From a virus (taxonomy: Duplodnaviria; Caudoviricetes), in IMG/VR virus record IMGVR_UViG_3300012665_000267, positions 1-34,014 of that record: a stretch of 34,014 nucleotides of DNA. The stretch is one strand, 5' to 3'. Positions 26,268 to 34,014 of this stretch are shown piece by piece. The notes beneath the pieces are model-generated. The model was not told the DNA's origin and ran no database searches. It saw only the letters and a list, made by a program, of their open reading frames with translations. Position 1 is the first letter of the stretch, and every line of letters begins with the position of its first letter. The translations under genes were made by a program, and so were the position numbers.

Positions 26268-26435
26268 ATGAGTTCATATGTAATTGTTGCCGTTAATAAA
26301 AACAAAGGAAATATTTCACTTATAACGAAATACCCTATGGACTATGCGGAGGCTTTGAAGTTTATTGACCAAAGTAACCAAGATAGAGGACATTTTCCTA
26401 ATACATTCTTAACTCTTGCGGAGGTGTTTAAATGA
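26268..26435 (+). CDS. Hypothetical protein (55 aa), not in ORF track
   Basis: MSSYVIVAVNKNKGNISLITKYPMDYAEALKF..., AAAGG RBS, ATGA overlap with the next gene. Confidence 0.6.
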   Translation: MSSYVIVAVNKNKGNISLITKYPMDYAEALKFIDQSNQDRGHFPNTFLTLAEVFK

Positions 26436-26686
26436 GATGCCAATGTTGCGATGCACTATTAAATGACTATGAATCGACTATGCGTCATGCTATTACTAAG
26501 CAATTTACTGAGTTATGTGGGACTTGCTTAAAAACGATAGATGCGTTTATTCCCGTACAAGTTAGGAATGACTTGTTAAGCGAGAGTGATACGGGTAATG
26601 TCGATAGCTTATGGGACAATGTAGAAGATTATATCGAGGACACCAGCGAAGATGATGGTATTGAGGACTATTGGGCAGAGCGTTAA
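26432..26686 (+). CDS. Small zinc-binding protein with acidic tail
   Basis: CxxC...CxxC, GGAGGT RBS. Confidence 0.75.
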   Translation: MRCQCCDALLNDYESTMRHAITKQFTELCGTCLKTIDAFIPVQVRNDLLSESDTGNVDSLWDNVEDYIEDTSEDDGIEDYWAER

Positions 26687-26798
26687 GCTCGGTGTCATAG
26701 GTTCTATATAGTCTATGATGTATCTATGTTGTTTGCTATGAAGTAATGATTTATAAATAACATAAAACAACAATTTACATAGTCTATGTTGTTAAGGC

Positions 26799-26827
26799 AT
26801 TATATGAAGTTTTTAAAATGTTGTCAA
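26799..26827 (-). promoter_or_regulatory. Perfect-consensus leftward sigma70 promoter with no downstream ORF
   Basis: TTGACA-17 nt-TATAAT on the minus strand. Confidence 0.8.
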
Positions 26828-26850
26828 GTGTTTTATTTTTGCCACAAAGT

Positions 26851-26880
26851 ATTGACTTTAAGATTGTCAATGCTTAGTCT
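26851..26880 (+). promoter_or_regulatory. Rightward promoter for replication genes containing an ATTGAC-N9-GTCAAT palindrome
   Basis: TTGACT-17 nt-TAGTCT. Confidence 0.6.
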
Positions 26881-26900
26881 GTATCCTAACGGGAGGTTTT

Positions 26901-27050
26901 ATGAATGAATTAGATGAAGCTCGCTATCATTTTGCATTGTCTGAAGTCTTGGACATGGTTAGAATTTATGGTTATTCTAAAGTAATCAATGACTTAGATG
27001 CGATGATTGCCGAGGAAGTGAATAGGAAGCTGGAGGCGGTCTATGCTTAG
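26901..27050 (+). CDS. Hypothetical protein (49 aa), not in ORF track
   Basis: MNELDEARYHFALSEVLDMVRIYGYSKVINDLDAMIAEEVNRKLEAVYA, with a GGAGGT RBS. Confidence 0.75.
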   Translation: MNELDEARYHFALSEVLDMVRIYGYSKVINDLDAMIAEEVNRKLEAVYA

Positions 27051-27246
27051 TAAGGTAAGGCTAACCCTTGCAGTCATTGTGATGTCGTCTGTAATGCTGG
27101 TTTTAACGCTTTATGGAGCATTTTCTGAGCATACTGTCTATGCTTGCTCTGATGGCGACAAGAATCCACCCGATGTCATCAAGCATTGCAAGGAATTAAC
27201 TAAGAACCAATGGTGGGGACACTACTACACAGGAGTTAAGAAATGA
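27043..27246 (+). CDS. Small membrane-anchored protein
   Basis: N-terminal TM and a Cys pair, GGAGG RBS. Confidence 0.7.
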   Translation: MLSKVRLTLAVIVMSSVMLVLTLYGAFSEHTVYACSDGDKNPPDVIKHCKELTKNQWWGHYYTGVKK

Positions 27247-27434
27247 GAAAAGAACCAAGAGGATTGACGGCAACATTTAAAGTGACCAAGACTTACTATG
27301 TCACTTGTTATGGCGACACCGAAGAGGATTGTCATATCATGGCAGAGAACCTAGCACCTACGGATATTAAAGAGGAAGATTTAGGCGATATGGAAGTAGA
27401 GATTGCTGGTGGGTTTGAATATGACGGATTCTAA
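27243..27434 (+). CDS. Acidic hypothetical protein
   Basis: 63 aa, AGGAG RBS. Confidence 0.7.
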   Translation: MRKEPRGLTATFKVTKTYYVTCYGDTEEDCHIMAENLAPTDIKEEDLGDMEVEIAGGFEYDGF

Positions 27435-29010
27435 ATACATTAAACACATACCATGCGACAGTTGTGGTAGCACCGATGCAAACAGTTTGTATGACGACAA
27501 TCATCAATACTGTTTTGCCTGTGAGACCTATGTCGCTGGTGATGGAACAACAACACAAACGAAAGTAGTTAAACCTATGAACAAGGATATACAATTTTAT
27601 GACAATGCTTCTTCTCTTTCTATCGCTAATCGTGGTATTACTTCGGCTACTTGCATAGCCTATGGAGTTCGTCAAGACAACGGCAAACATTATTACCCTT
27701 ACTTCGATACTGATGGGGTTATGTCCGCAGTTAAGACAAGGGATGTAGAAACTAAATCATTCTCGATTGCTGGTGACTTCAAAGATGCTACGCTATTCGG
27801 ACAGAACCTATTCGCTAAAGCTGGTCGCTATTTGACTATCTGTGAGGGTGAATTAGACGCACTAGCAAGCTATCAGATGCAAGGTAGTAAGTACCCTTGT
27901 GTTAGCGTTAGAAACGGCGCACAGGCAGCTTTAAAAGATTGCAAAGCACAATACGAATGGATTGATTCATTTGAAAACATTGTCCTATGCTTTGATGCTG
28001 ATGAGCCGGGACAGAAAGCGTCACAGGCAGTCGCTGAATTATTCGGCGGCAAAGTTAAAGTAATGAAACATAAGAAAGGGTATAAAGATGCGTGTGATTA
28101 CCTTGAGAATAACTCTGGTAAAGAATTTATTGATGCTTGGTGGGGTGCTGAGTCTTATATCCCTGATGGAATTGTGCAAGGTAACAGTCTCTGGGAAATG
28201 GTCTCAGCGCCTATTGAAAAGGCTGATTGTGACTACCCTTACGATGAACTTAATAAACTCACATACGGCATCCGCAAGGGCGAACTCGTCATGGTCACGG
28301 CAGGAAGTGGACTTGGCAAATCTCAATTTCTTAGAGAGATTGTATGGCACATACTTAACAAGACAACTGACAAAATCGGACTTATGTTTCTTGAAGAGGG
28401 AGTCCGCAAGACTGCTCGTTCCCTCATGTCTTTGGCAGTAAACAAACCCATTCATTTACCTGATGTTGATGTATCACCAGAGGAGCTAAAAAATGCTTTT
28501 GATAGAACACTCGGAAGTGACCGCATTTATCTGTTTGACCATTTCGGCAGTACTAGTTTGGAAAATATTGTTAATCGAGTGCGCTACATGGCTAAAGGGC
28601 TTAATTGTGGCTATGTCTTTCTTGACCATTTGTCTATTATCGTTAGTGGTGGTGATGTTGGAGATGAGCGTAAAGCCTTAGATGCCATTATGACTAAGCT
28701 ACGAATGATTGTGCAAGAGACAGGGATTAGTTTGATTTGTGTTTCACATCTGAAACGTCCTGATGGTAAAGGACACGAAAACGGAGCAGCTACGTCATTA
28801 TCTCAGTTAAGAGGCTCTGGGGCGATTGCACAATTAAGCGATATTGTGTTGGGTTTGGAGCGTGACGGTCAGGCAGAAGATTTAATCACTAGAAACACCA
28901 CTACTGTGCGTGTGATTAAGAATAGATTTTCAGGCTTTACTGGCAACGCAGGTTCACTGTTATATAACGCAAACACTGGTCGTATGCTTGAAATTAAAGA
29001 TACTTTATAA
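27421..29010 (+). CDS. T7 gp4-like DNA primase-helicase
   Basis: Zn finger CDSCGS...CFAC, TOPRIM ICEGELDA and FDADEPG, Walker A AGSGLGKS, FLDHL, LRGSGAIAQLSD, KNRFSG. Likely start is ATG 27421. Confidence 0.96.
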   Translation: MTDSKYIKHIPCDSCGSTDANSLYDDNHQYCFACETYVAGDGTTTQTKVVKPMNKDIQFYDNASSLSIANRGITSATCIAYGVRQDNGKHYYPYFDTDGVMSAVKTRDVETKSFSIAGDFKDATLFGQNLFAKAGRYLTICEGELDALASYQMQGSKYPCVSVRNGAQAALKDCKAQYEWIDSFENIVLCFDADEPGQKASQAVAELFGGKVKVMKHKKGYKDACDYLENNSGKEFIDAWWGAESYIPDGIVQGNSLWEMVSAPIEKADCDYPYDELNKLTYGIRKGELVMVTAGSGLGKSQFLREIVWHILNKTTDKIGLMFLEEGVRKTARSLMSLAVNKPIHLPDVDVSPEELKNAFDRTLGSDRIYLFDHFGSTSLENIVNRVRYMAKGLNCGYVFLDHLSIIVSGGDVGDERKALDAIMTKLRMIVQETGISLICVSHLKRPDGKGHENGAATSLSQLRGSGAIAQLSDIVLGLERDGQAEDLITRNTTTVRVIKNRFSGFTGNAGSLLYNANTGRMLEIKDTL

Positions 29011-29015
29011 ACCAC

Positions 29016-29044
29016 TTGACACCTGAACTAAGTTAGTGTATAAT
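29016..29044 (+). promoter_or_regulatory. Perfect-consensus promoter for the EndoVII/HNH gene
   Basis: TTGACA-17 nt-TATAAT, followed by an AGGAGG RBS. Confidence 0.85.
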
Positions 29045-29064
29045 AAGGTTCAGGAGGATTAAAT

Positions 29065-29493
29065 ATGAAACACTGCAAAACCTGTGATACAACGAAACCT
29101 TTATCTGAGTTTGGAATTCAGCGAGGTCGTCCACGTCATATTTGTAAAGAGTGCCGTAAACAAGAAAGCAAGGAATGGTATGCAAACAACAAAGAACACA
29201 AAAAAGAGTTGTCACAACGATACAAACACGTCAAAAAAGACAAGGACTTGCAAGCAACATACGGAATCGACTTGGAAACATATCATCGAATGTTGGCTCA
29301 ACAAAACAAAAGGTGTAAAATATGTCACACACACCAAGAAGATTTGAAAAGAGCAATGTGTGTTGACCACGACCATACCACAGGAAAGGTTAGAGGTTTG
29401 TTGTGTGATACTTGTAACAGGTCTTTAGGGTTATTAAAAGACAATGTAAACACTTTAATGAGAGCAGTAGATTATTTACAAGGTAAATTATGA
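29065..29493 (+). CDS. Endonuclease VII-family (HNH-type) endonuclease, probably homing
   Basis: YGI...Y..ML..Q..RCKIC...VDHDHTTGKVRGLLCDTCNRSLG. Confidence 0.9.
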   Translation: MKHCKTCDTTKPLSEFGIQRGRPRHICKECRKQESKEWYANNKEHKKELSQRYKHVKKDKDLQATYGIDLETYHRMLAQQNKRCKICHTHQEDLKRAMCVDHDHTTGKVRGLLCDTCNRSLGLLKDNVNTLMRAVDYLQGKL

Positions 29494-29666
29494 GCATGAA
29501 ATTAACAGACATATTGATTCGACACAACGAGATTGAGATGATTAAAGACCGCAGTGTCATCTACAAGAATGGTACAGTCATACCTCTTACCGACTATGAG
29601 TTTACTTCTTTACTCACCTCGTTTAACATCCACGACATTGGTAAAGATATACCAGTTTACAATTAA
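29490..29666 (+). CDS. Hypothetical protein (58 aa), not in ORF track
   Basis: MSMKLTDILIRHNEIEMIKDRSVIYKNGTVIPLTDYEFTSLL..., with ATGA coupling. Confidence 0.65.
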   Translation: MSMKLTDILIRHNEIEMIKDRSVIYKNGTVIPLTDYEFTSLLTSFNIHDIGKDIPVYN

Positions 29667-29672
29667 GGACAC

Positions 29673-30002
29673 ATGATGAATAACGACTTAGTAGAAAAAG
29701 CCCGTGAGTATGCAAAGCATGATGAGTATGCTGTCACTCGCAATTACATCAACGCATTGTGCTTAGAGATTGACCGATTACGTACACTTAACAAGGATGT
29801 CTTTGGTCGCATCCAAGATAACACCGAAGTTTATGCTGATGCAGAGCGTTATCGCTGGCTACGCAGTGCATCGTGGGATGTTGATACAAAGCTAGTGGCT
29901 CCATCTGTTATCGCTTGTAATGGCGATATGTCTGAATGGCGCTGGATGATTGGCAATGAGATTGACGTAGCAATTGATAAATTCTTAGCGGAGGGAAAAT
30001 GA
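29673..30002 (+). CDS. Hypothetical protein (DAERYRWLR motif)
   Basis: 109 aa. The DAERYRWLR...D.AID motif is common in phage accessory proteins. Confidence 0.75.
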   Translation: MMNNDLVEKAREYAKHDEYAVTRNYINALCLEIDRLRTLNKDVFGRIQDNTEVYADAERYRWLRSASWDVDTKLVAPSVIACNGDMSEWRWMIGNEIDVAIDKFLAEGK

Positions 30003-30151
30003 ACACTAACGAACTGATTGAAGCACTAGACCAACGATACGGCAATCCCTATGCAGTTAAAGAATGTGGTTTGATTCAAGAAGCTATCAAAGTATTGCGT
30101 ATGCAAGGTAATGAAATTGAAGCGTTACTGAAACAGGTACAAGAGAAATGA
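29999..30151 (+). CDS. Hypothetical protein (50 aa), not in ORF track
   Basis: MNTNELIEALDQRYGNPYAVKECGLIQEAIKVLRMQGNEIEALLKQVQEK, with a GGAGG RBS. Confidence 0.7.
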   Translation: MNTNELIEALDQRYGNPYAVKECGLIQEAIKVLRMQGNEIEALLKQVQEK

Positions 30152-30378
30152 TATACAAAACATTTGAAGAATGGAAAGCTGGTCAATGGTTAGAGGATGG
30201 TGAGCCACGCACTAAATCCTACACAGAAGATGAGTTGTTGCTAATTGAAATGGGTTGGCAATATGGATTTGATGCTAGTAATGAGGTTTTAAAACATAAA
30301 GTAATAGGCAACGATTATGTATTCGTTTGTAAGCGTTGTGCCGAAGAAATGGGAATTAATTTTGAGGAAGAAAAATGA
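30148..30378 (+). CDS. Hypothetical protein
   Basis: 76 aa, coupled at both ends. Confidence 0.7.
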   Translation: MIYKTFEEWKAGQWLEDGEPRTKSYTEDELLLIEMGWQYGFDASNEVLKHKVIGNDYVFVCKRCAEEMGINFEEEK

Positions 30379-30494
30379 CTGAAGGTGTATGGATTGGATT
30401 AGCAATGTCTGGTAGTTTTGCTTTTGGATTTTATACGGCAATCTTTTGTATAAATTTAGCTTTGGAAAATGTAAGAAAGGTACAAGAGAAATGA
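30375..30494 (+). CDS. 39-aa TM peptide, not in ORF track
   Basis: MTEGVWIGLAMSGSFAFGFYTAIFCINLALENVRKVQEK, with a GAGGA RBS. Confidence 0.6.
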   Translation: MTEGVWIGLAMSGSFAFGFYTAIFCINLALENVRKVQEK

Positions 30495-30610
30495 GTTTTG
30501 ACATTATGACCAAAGAAGGCATGAGAGTTACTCAATGGTTTAGCTCAGTTGATGAGCTACTCAAGTCTATGTTGGCTAACCCTAAAGATAGGTATTGGAG
30601 AAATGGTTAA
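30491..30610 (+). CDS. 39-aa hypothetical protein, not in ORF track
   Basis: MSFDIMTKEGMRVTQWFSSVDELLKSMLANPKDRYWRNG. Confidence 0.55.
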   Translation: MSFDIMTKEGMRVTQWFSSVDELLKSMLANPKDRYWRNG

Positions 30611-30755
30611 ATCACCTTGCACAGGTAAATGCGAACTAGATTTCTTTGATATATGTCGTAAGTGTCAACGAACTAAAGATGAAATCAGTAGATGGTATGT
30701 CATGACTGATGATGAGAAGTTAGAAGTATTAGAAAGGTTGATTAAAAATGAGTAA
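30603..30755 (+). CDS. DUF1289-like Cys-rich protein
   Basis: SPCTGKC.LD...C..C.RT.DEI..W..M..DEK..V. GGAG RBS before ATG 30603. Confidence 0.8.
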   Translation: MVKSPCTGKCELDFFDICRKCQRTKDEISRWYVMTDDEKLEVLERLIKNE

Positions 30756-31029
30756 GAAGAATATTAAATTAGATGGCTATGCTTGGATTGCTGAGAACGG
30801 TGCTATTGACTATGGATTCTGGTTTGGTGATTCTGATGAGCCTGTGTCATTTTCAACAACGCTAAAGCAAATCGTAAGAGATACGCTAGAGGCTTATCGT
30901 ATTCCCGGAGGCGCTATGGCTGACTATCATTTAGAAGACATGAAACGATTGAGCTTGGCTATCAAAGCAGCACAGAACTTAATCGACCACGAAATTAAAC
31001 GCATGGAAGGAGTTGAATCAAATGACTAA
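30748..31029 (+). CDS. Hypothetical protein
   Basis: 93 aa ORF in the operon. Confidence 0.7.
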   Translation: MSKKNIKLDGYAWIAENGAIDYGFWFGDSDEPVSFSTTLKQIVRDTLEAYRIPGGAMADYHLEDMKRLSLAIKAAQNLIDHEIKRMEGVESND

Positions 31030-31243
31030 ACTTGTAAAAATTGGAGATAGGTTTGTTAATCCTTTTAACGTAACTTACATCATTGACAGAGAGATTCACT
31101 TTAACGATGGTAGTCGCTGGGTAGCAACAGAGCCTGAGATTCAGGACTTGTTAGCAATTATGTTTGAGACACCAAGAGTTGAGACTGTAACAGTAGTAGA
31201 AGAACCCTTGATTCGTAAAAAGAAAGTTCTTAAGAAAACATGA
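31022..31243 (+). CDS. Hypothetical protein
   Basis: AAGGAG RBS before ATG 31022. Confidence 0.7.
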   Translation: MTKLVKIGDRFVNPFNVTYIIDREIHFNDGSRWVATEPEIQDLLAIMFETPRVETVTVVEEPLIRKKKVLKKT

Positions 31244-31443
31244 AATGGACAGGCACAGCCCTTTGTCTGATTGGGATTGCTTTAACTAGTCTTAACATCT
31301 TTCCATTGAACTTGTGGTTTGGTTTAATTGGCAGCGGATTATGGACTTGGGCAGGTATACGACAAAAGGACTGGGCATTGTTTATTGTGGAGTTTGTTGC
31401 AGTATTGATGTACTTAGGAGGCTTGATAAAACTATGCTTATGA
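31240..31443 (+). CDS. Small multi-TM membrane protein
   Basis: 67 aa, three hydrophobic segments. Confidence 0.7.
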   Translation: MKWTGTALCLIGIALTSLNIFPLNLWFGLIGSGLWTWAGIRQKDWALFIVEFVAVLMYLGGLIKLCL

Positions 31444-31808
31444 ACAACGATAAACGATTCGACCTTGACCTACAATATGGACAAGTGTTTGAGCGTAAAG
31501 TAGCGGATATGCTTCAGAACAGCAAGATAGAAGTCAAGACAGAACGAGATATGTGGAAGTCTACTGGAAACATTGTTGTGGAGTTTGAGAGTCGTGGTAA
31601 GCCTAGTGGCATAGCTGCAACTGAAGCAGACTACTGGTTTCATAACCTAGCTGTTGGTGACGATATTTTAATGACACTAGTATTCCCTACTAAAACACTC
31701 AGGAATTATATCTCTAAGAATAATCCAAGAATGGTTCGTGGTGGTGATAACAACACTTCTCGTCTTTACTTGATTAAACTACAAGACTTAGTTACAATGC
31801 TTCCATGA
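31440..31808 (+). CDS. Putative PD-(D/E)XK-fold nuclease-like protein
   Basis: G...E...IEVKTE...TGNI.VE...GKPSGI..TEADYW. Real start is probably 31434 or 31440 (AGGAGG RBS upstream). Confidence 0.6.
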   Translation: MNNDKRFDLDLQYGQVFERKVADMLQNSKIEVKTERDMWKSTGNIVVEFESRGKPSGIAATEADYWFHNLAVGDDILMTLVFPTKTLRNYISKNNPRMVRGGDNNTSRLYLIKLQDLVTMLP

Positions 31809-33457
31809 GAATAATTCTTGACATCGAAACTAATACCACTCACGATAAGATTTGGTGTGTTGTTACTCGTGATATTGATGATGACATTGTGCGTCATTGG
31901 GAAAATAACGATGCAGAGCTACAAAGGTATTTATCTGTAGCTGATAAGATTATTACTCATAACGGCATCTTCTTTGACTTCCTAGTGCTAAAGAAGGTTT
32001 GGGGCATTACTGTGAAAAAGTCACAGGTAGTTGATACGCTAGTGTTGTCACGTCTATACAATCCTAGCTTAGAAGATGGACACAGCCTTGCTGCTTGGGG
32101 ACAACGCTTGGGGTTTGCTAAAGGAGACTTTACAGACTTTGATGGCGGTCTTACAGACGAGATGTTGGAGTATTGTGTTCAAGATACATTGGTAACAAAA
32201 GAGCTTTATAAATACTTAACTAAGGAGATGGAAAATGATTTCTCAAAAGAGAGCATCACGCTCGAACACGAAGTCGCAATCATCATTGCGGAACAAGAAC
32301 GCAACGGTTTCAGACTCGATATGCCTAAAGCTCTACAGCTCTTATCTGAACTTAAAACTAAGCTGGACATTATTCAAGTTGAAATGGCTACAATTTTCCC
32401 ACCCAAAGTTACAACAGGTAGAACTCACAAAACTAGTGGTAAAGCGCTCAAAGACATCGTTGAGCCGTTCAACCCCGGAAGCCGACAGCAAATTGCTGAA
32501 AGACTTCAAGCTAAGGGTTGGAAACCAAAAAAGCGTACCGAAAAAGGTAGCGTCATCGTTGACGAAGAAGTCCTCGCCAGTCTCGACTACCCAGAAGCGA
32601 AAGCCCTCGCAGAATACATGATGTTACAAAAGCGGATAGCACAGGTAGAATCGTGGCTGACCGCAATTGGTAAAGATGGTAGGGTTCATGGTCGTGTGAT
32701 TACCAACGGCGCTGTCACAGGTCGTATGACGCACATGAGTCCGAACATGGCACAGGTTCCCAACAGTGGTAGTCCTTACGGACATGAGTGTAGGGATTTA
32801 TGGACAGTAGATAAAGGATATAAGTTAGTCGGTATTGATGCTTCAGGTCTGGAGTTGAGAATGTTGGCTCACTATATGAACGACAATGTATATACACATG
32901 AAGTTGTATCGGGCGATATTCACACAGCGAACCAAACCGCTGCTGGGTTGCAAACGAGGAATCAAGCTAAGACGTTTATCTATGCTTTCCTCTATGGCGC
33001 AGGAAGTGCCAAAATCGGGTCGATTGTTGGAGGTTCTGCGAAAGAAGGACAAAAGCTCATTGATTCTTTTCTACGAAATACGCCGAAACTTAAAGCTCTT
33101 AGAGAGAAAGTGGCTCGTATCTACGCTAAAGAAGGATGGCTACCGGGTCTTGACGGACGCAAGTTACTCGTTCGTGCAGAACACTCGGCGCTCAACACGC
33201 TACTGCAAGGCGCTGGTGCAATCGTAATGAAACAAGCTGTTGTTATTCTTCACAAGCAGTTGCGTAAGTCTAAGATAGAGTTTAAGATTGTCGCTAATGT
33301 TCACGATGAGTGGCAAATAGAAGTTGAAGAAAGTCGTGCTGAAGAAGTTGGTATCATGGGTACAGAAGCAATTAAAGAAGCTGGTATAGTATTGAATATG
33401 CGCTGTCCTTTGGATGGTGAATACAAGATTGGCTTGTCTTGGAAAGATACCCACTAA
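31805..33457 (+). CDS. polA: Family A DNA polymerase with 3'-5' exonuclease (T7 gp5-like)
   Basis: Exo motifs DIET, HNG..FD and YC.QD. Motif A DASGLELR, motif B R..AKTFIYAFLYG, motif C VHDE. Confidence 0.97.
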   Translation: MRIILDIETNTTHDKIWCVVTRDIDDDIVRHWENNDAELQRYLSVADKIITHNGIFFDFLVLKKVWGITVKKSQVVDTLVLSRLYNPSLEDGHSLAAWGQRLGFAKGDFTDFDGGLTDEMLEYCVQDTLVTKELYKYLTKEMENDFSKESITLEHEVAIIIAEQERNGFRLDMPKALQLLSELKTKLDIIQVEMATIFPPKVTTGRTHKTSGKALKDIVEPFNPGSRQQIAERLQAKGWKPKKRTEKGSVIVDEEVLASLDYPEAKALAEYMMLQKRIAQVESWLTAIGKDGRVHGRVITNGAVTGRMTHMSPNMAQVPNSGSPYGHECRDLWTVDKGYKLVGIDASGLELRMLAHYMNDNVYTHEVVSGDIHTANQTAAGLQTRNQAKTFIYAFLYGAGSAKIGSIVGGSAKEGQKLIDSFLRNTPKLKALREKVARIYAKEGWLPGLDGRKLLVRAEHSALNTLLQGAGAIVMKQAVVILHKQLRKSKIEFKIVANVHDEWQIEVEESRAEEVGIMGTEAIKEAGIVLNMRCPLDGEYKIGLSWKDTH

Positions 33458-33636
33458 TGAAAAACCTTAGACTAACCCACTTAGAGCAACTTGAGTTATA
33501 TATCGACTCTTACGATGATTCTGGTTTTTATTATGGAAACAAAGAACAATTTTTAAAACGACATGAAGATTTAAAACAATGGGTATCAGACGCACAAACT
33601 AAATTACTAGATGGAAAGAAAATTACTTATGACTGA
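33457..33636 (+). CDS. Hypothetical protein
   Basis: TAATG coupling to the polymerase stop (MKNLRLTHLEQ...). Confidence 0.6.
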   Translation: MKNLRLTHLEQLELYIDSYDDSGFYYGNKEQFLKRHEDLKQWVSDAQTKLLDGKKITYD

Positions 33637-33817
33637 AGAAAAAGATGAAAACTTGTTGGGGATGGTAGCTGTGTCTGCATACAAAGATGGGACTTACTCA
33701 CTAAGTTCTTCCTTTGATTTAGATGAAACATACGAGTTGCTAAAGGATGCTGTGCTAGATATTGAAGATGGAACACTGGAAGATTCTATTGATTATCATA
33801 ACCAGTCGCTACATTAA
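33629..33817 (+). CDS. Acidic hypothetical protein
   Basis: MTEEKDENLLG..., overlapping the previous stop. Confidence 0.6.
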   Translation: MTEEKDENLLGMVAVSAYKDGTYSLSSSFDLDETYELLKDAVLDIEDGTLEDSIDYHNQSLH

Positions 33818-33905
33818 CTTTATCACATCGTGAAACGTAAGAGTTGTAAGTTGTTGTATAATAAGCAAAGCAGTATTCATAAACGTAGTAGATAAGGAGA
33901 ATTAA

Positions 33906-34014
33906 ATGGAAATGAAACCAGTAAAGATTCAAGCGGAAGTTCAATGGGCTTTCTTTGATAAAGTAAACGACATGAGTGGCAAGTTTCAATGCGACTTAGC
34001 TAACCTCTCAACCG
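33906..34014 (+). CDS. Probable gp2.5-like ssDNA-binding protein, 3'-truncated
   Basis: TAAGGAG RBS. MEMKPVKIQAEVQWAFFDKVNDMSGKFQCDLANLS, open to the window end. Position after the polymerase. Confidence 0.55.
   Translation, partial: MEMKPVKIQAEVQWAFFDKVNDMSGKFQCDLANLST

Noticed and set aside
27570-27590. Internal Met after the primase Zn finger, as a T7 gp4B-like second start
   Set aside because: No convincing Shine-Dalgarno upstream.
33823-33862. TCAC-ATC-GTGA palindrome and TATAAT before the SSB-like gene
   Set aside because: A promoter/operator is plausible, but there is no -35 at the correct spacing and only one copy, so it is too weak to call.

Overview
This window holds most of the genome of a tailed, apparently lytic, podovirus-type bacteriophage. 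It has two oppositely transcribed arms. The minus-strand late arm (1.7-23.0 kb) encodes TerS, TerL, an HEXXH protein, portal, scaffold, major capsid, an HNH endonuclease, a Gly-rich/FN3 tail fibre cassette with a 2OG-Fe(II) oxygenase, four tiny Lys-rich peptides, head-tail and tail proteins, three probable ejection proteins, holin and lysozyme. The plus-strand early/replication arm (23.9 kb to the end, and 1-1.6 kb) encodes many small early genes, a T7 gp4-like primase-helicase, an EndoVII-type HNH, a family A DNA polymerase, the start of a probable SSB and the C-terminal part of a class II ribonucleotide reductase. No RNA polymerase, integrase, tRNA or CRISPR is visible, and transcription appears to use host sigma70 promoters. 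The most interesting observations are: (1) an array of palindromic operator-like motifs at the arm junction that recurs exactly at the head-gene promoter; (2) a structured candidate RNA upstream of terS; (3) four unannotated basic peptides in the virion module; (4) an oxygenase translationally coupled to the tail fibre; (5) an unannotated stand-alone sigma70 region-4 mini-protein; (6) a perfect leftward promoter with no ORF (candidate origin or sRNA); (7) an RBS-sequestering hairpin around an HNH promoter; and (8) strong avoidance of CCWGG and GATC. All calls come from reading the sequence and recalling motifs; no searches were run.
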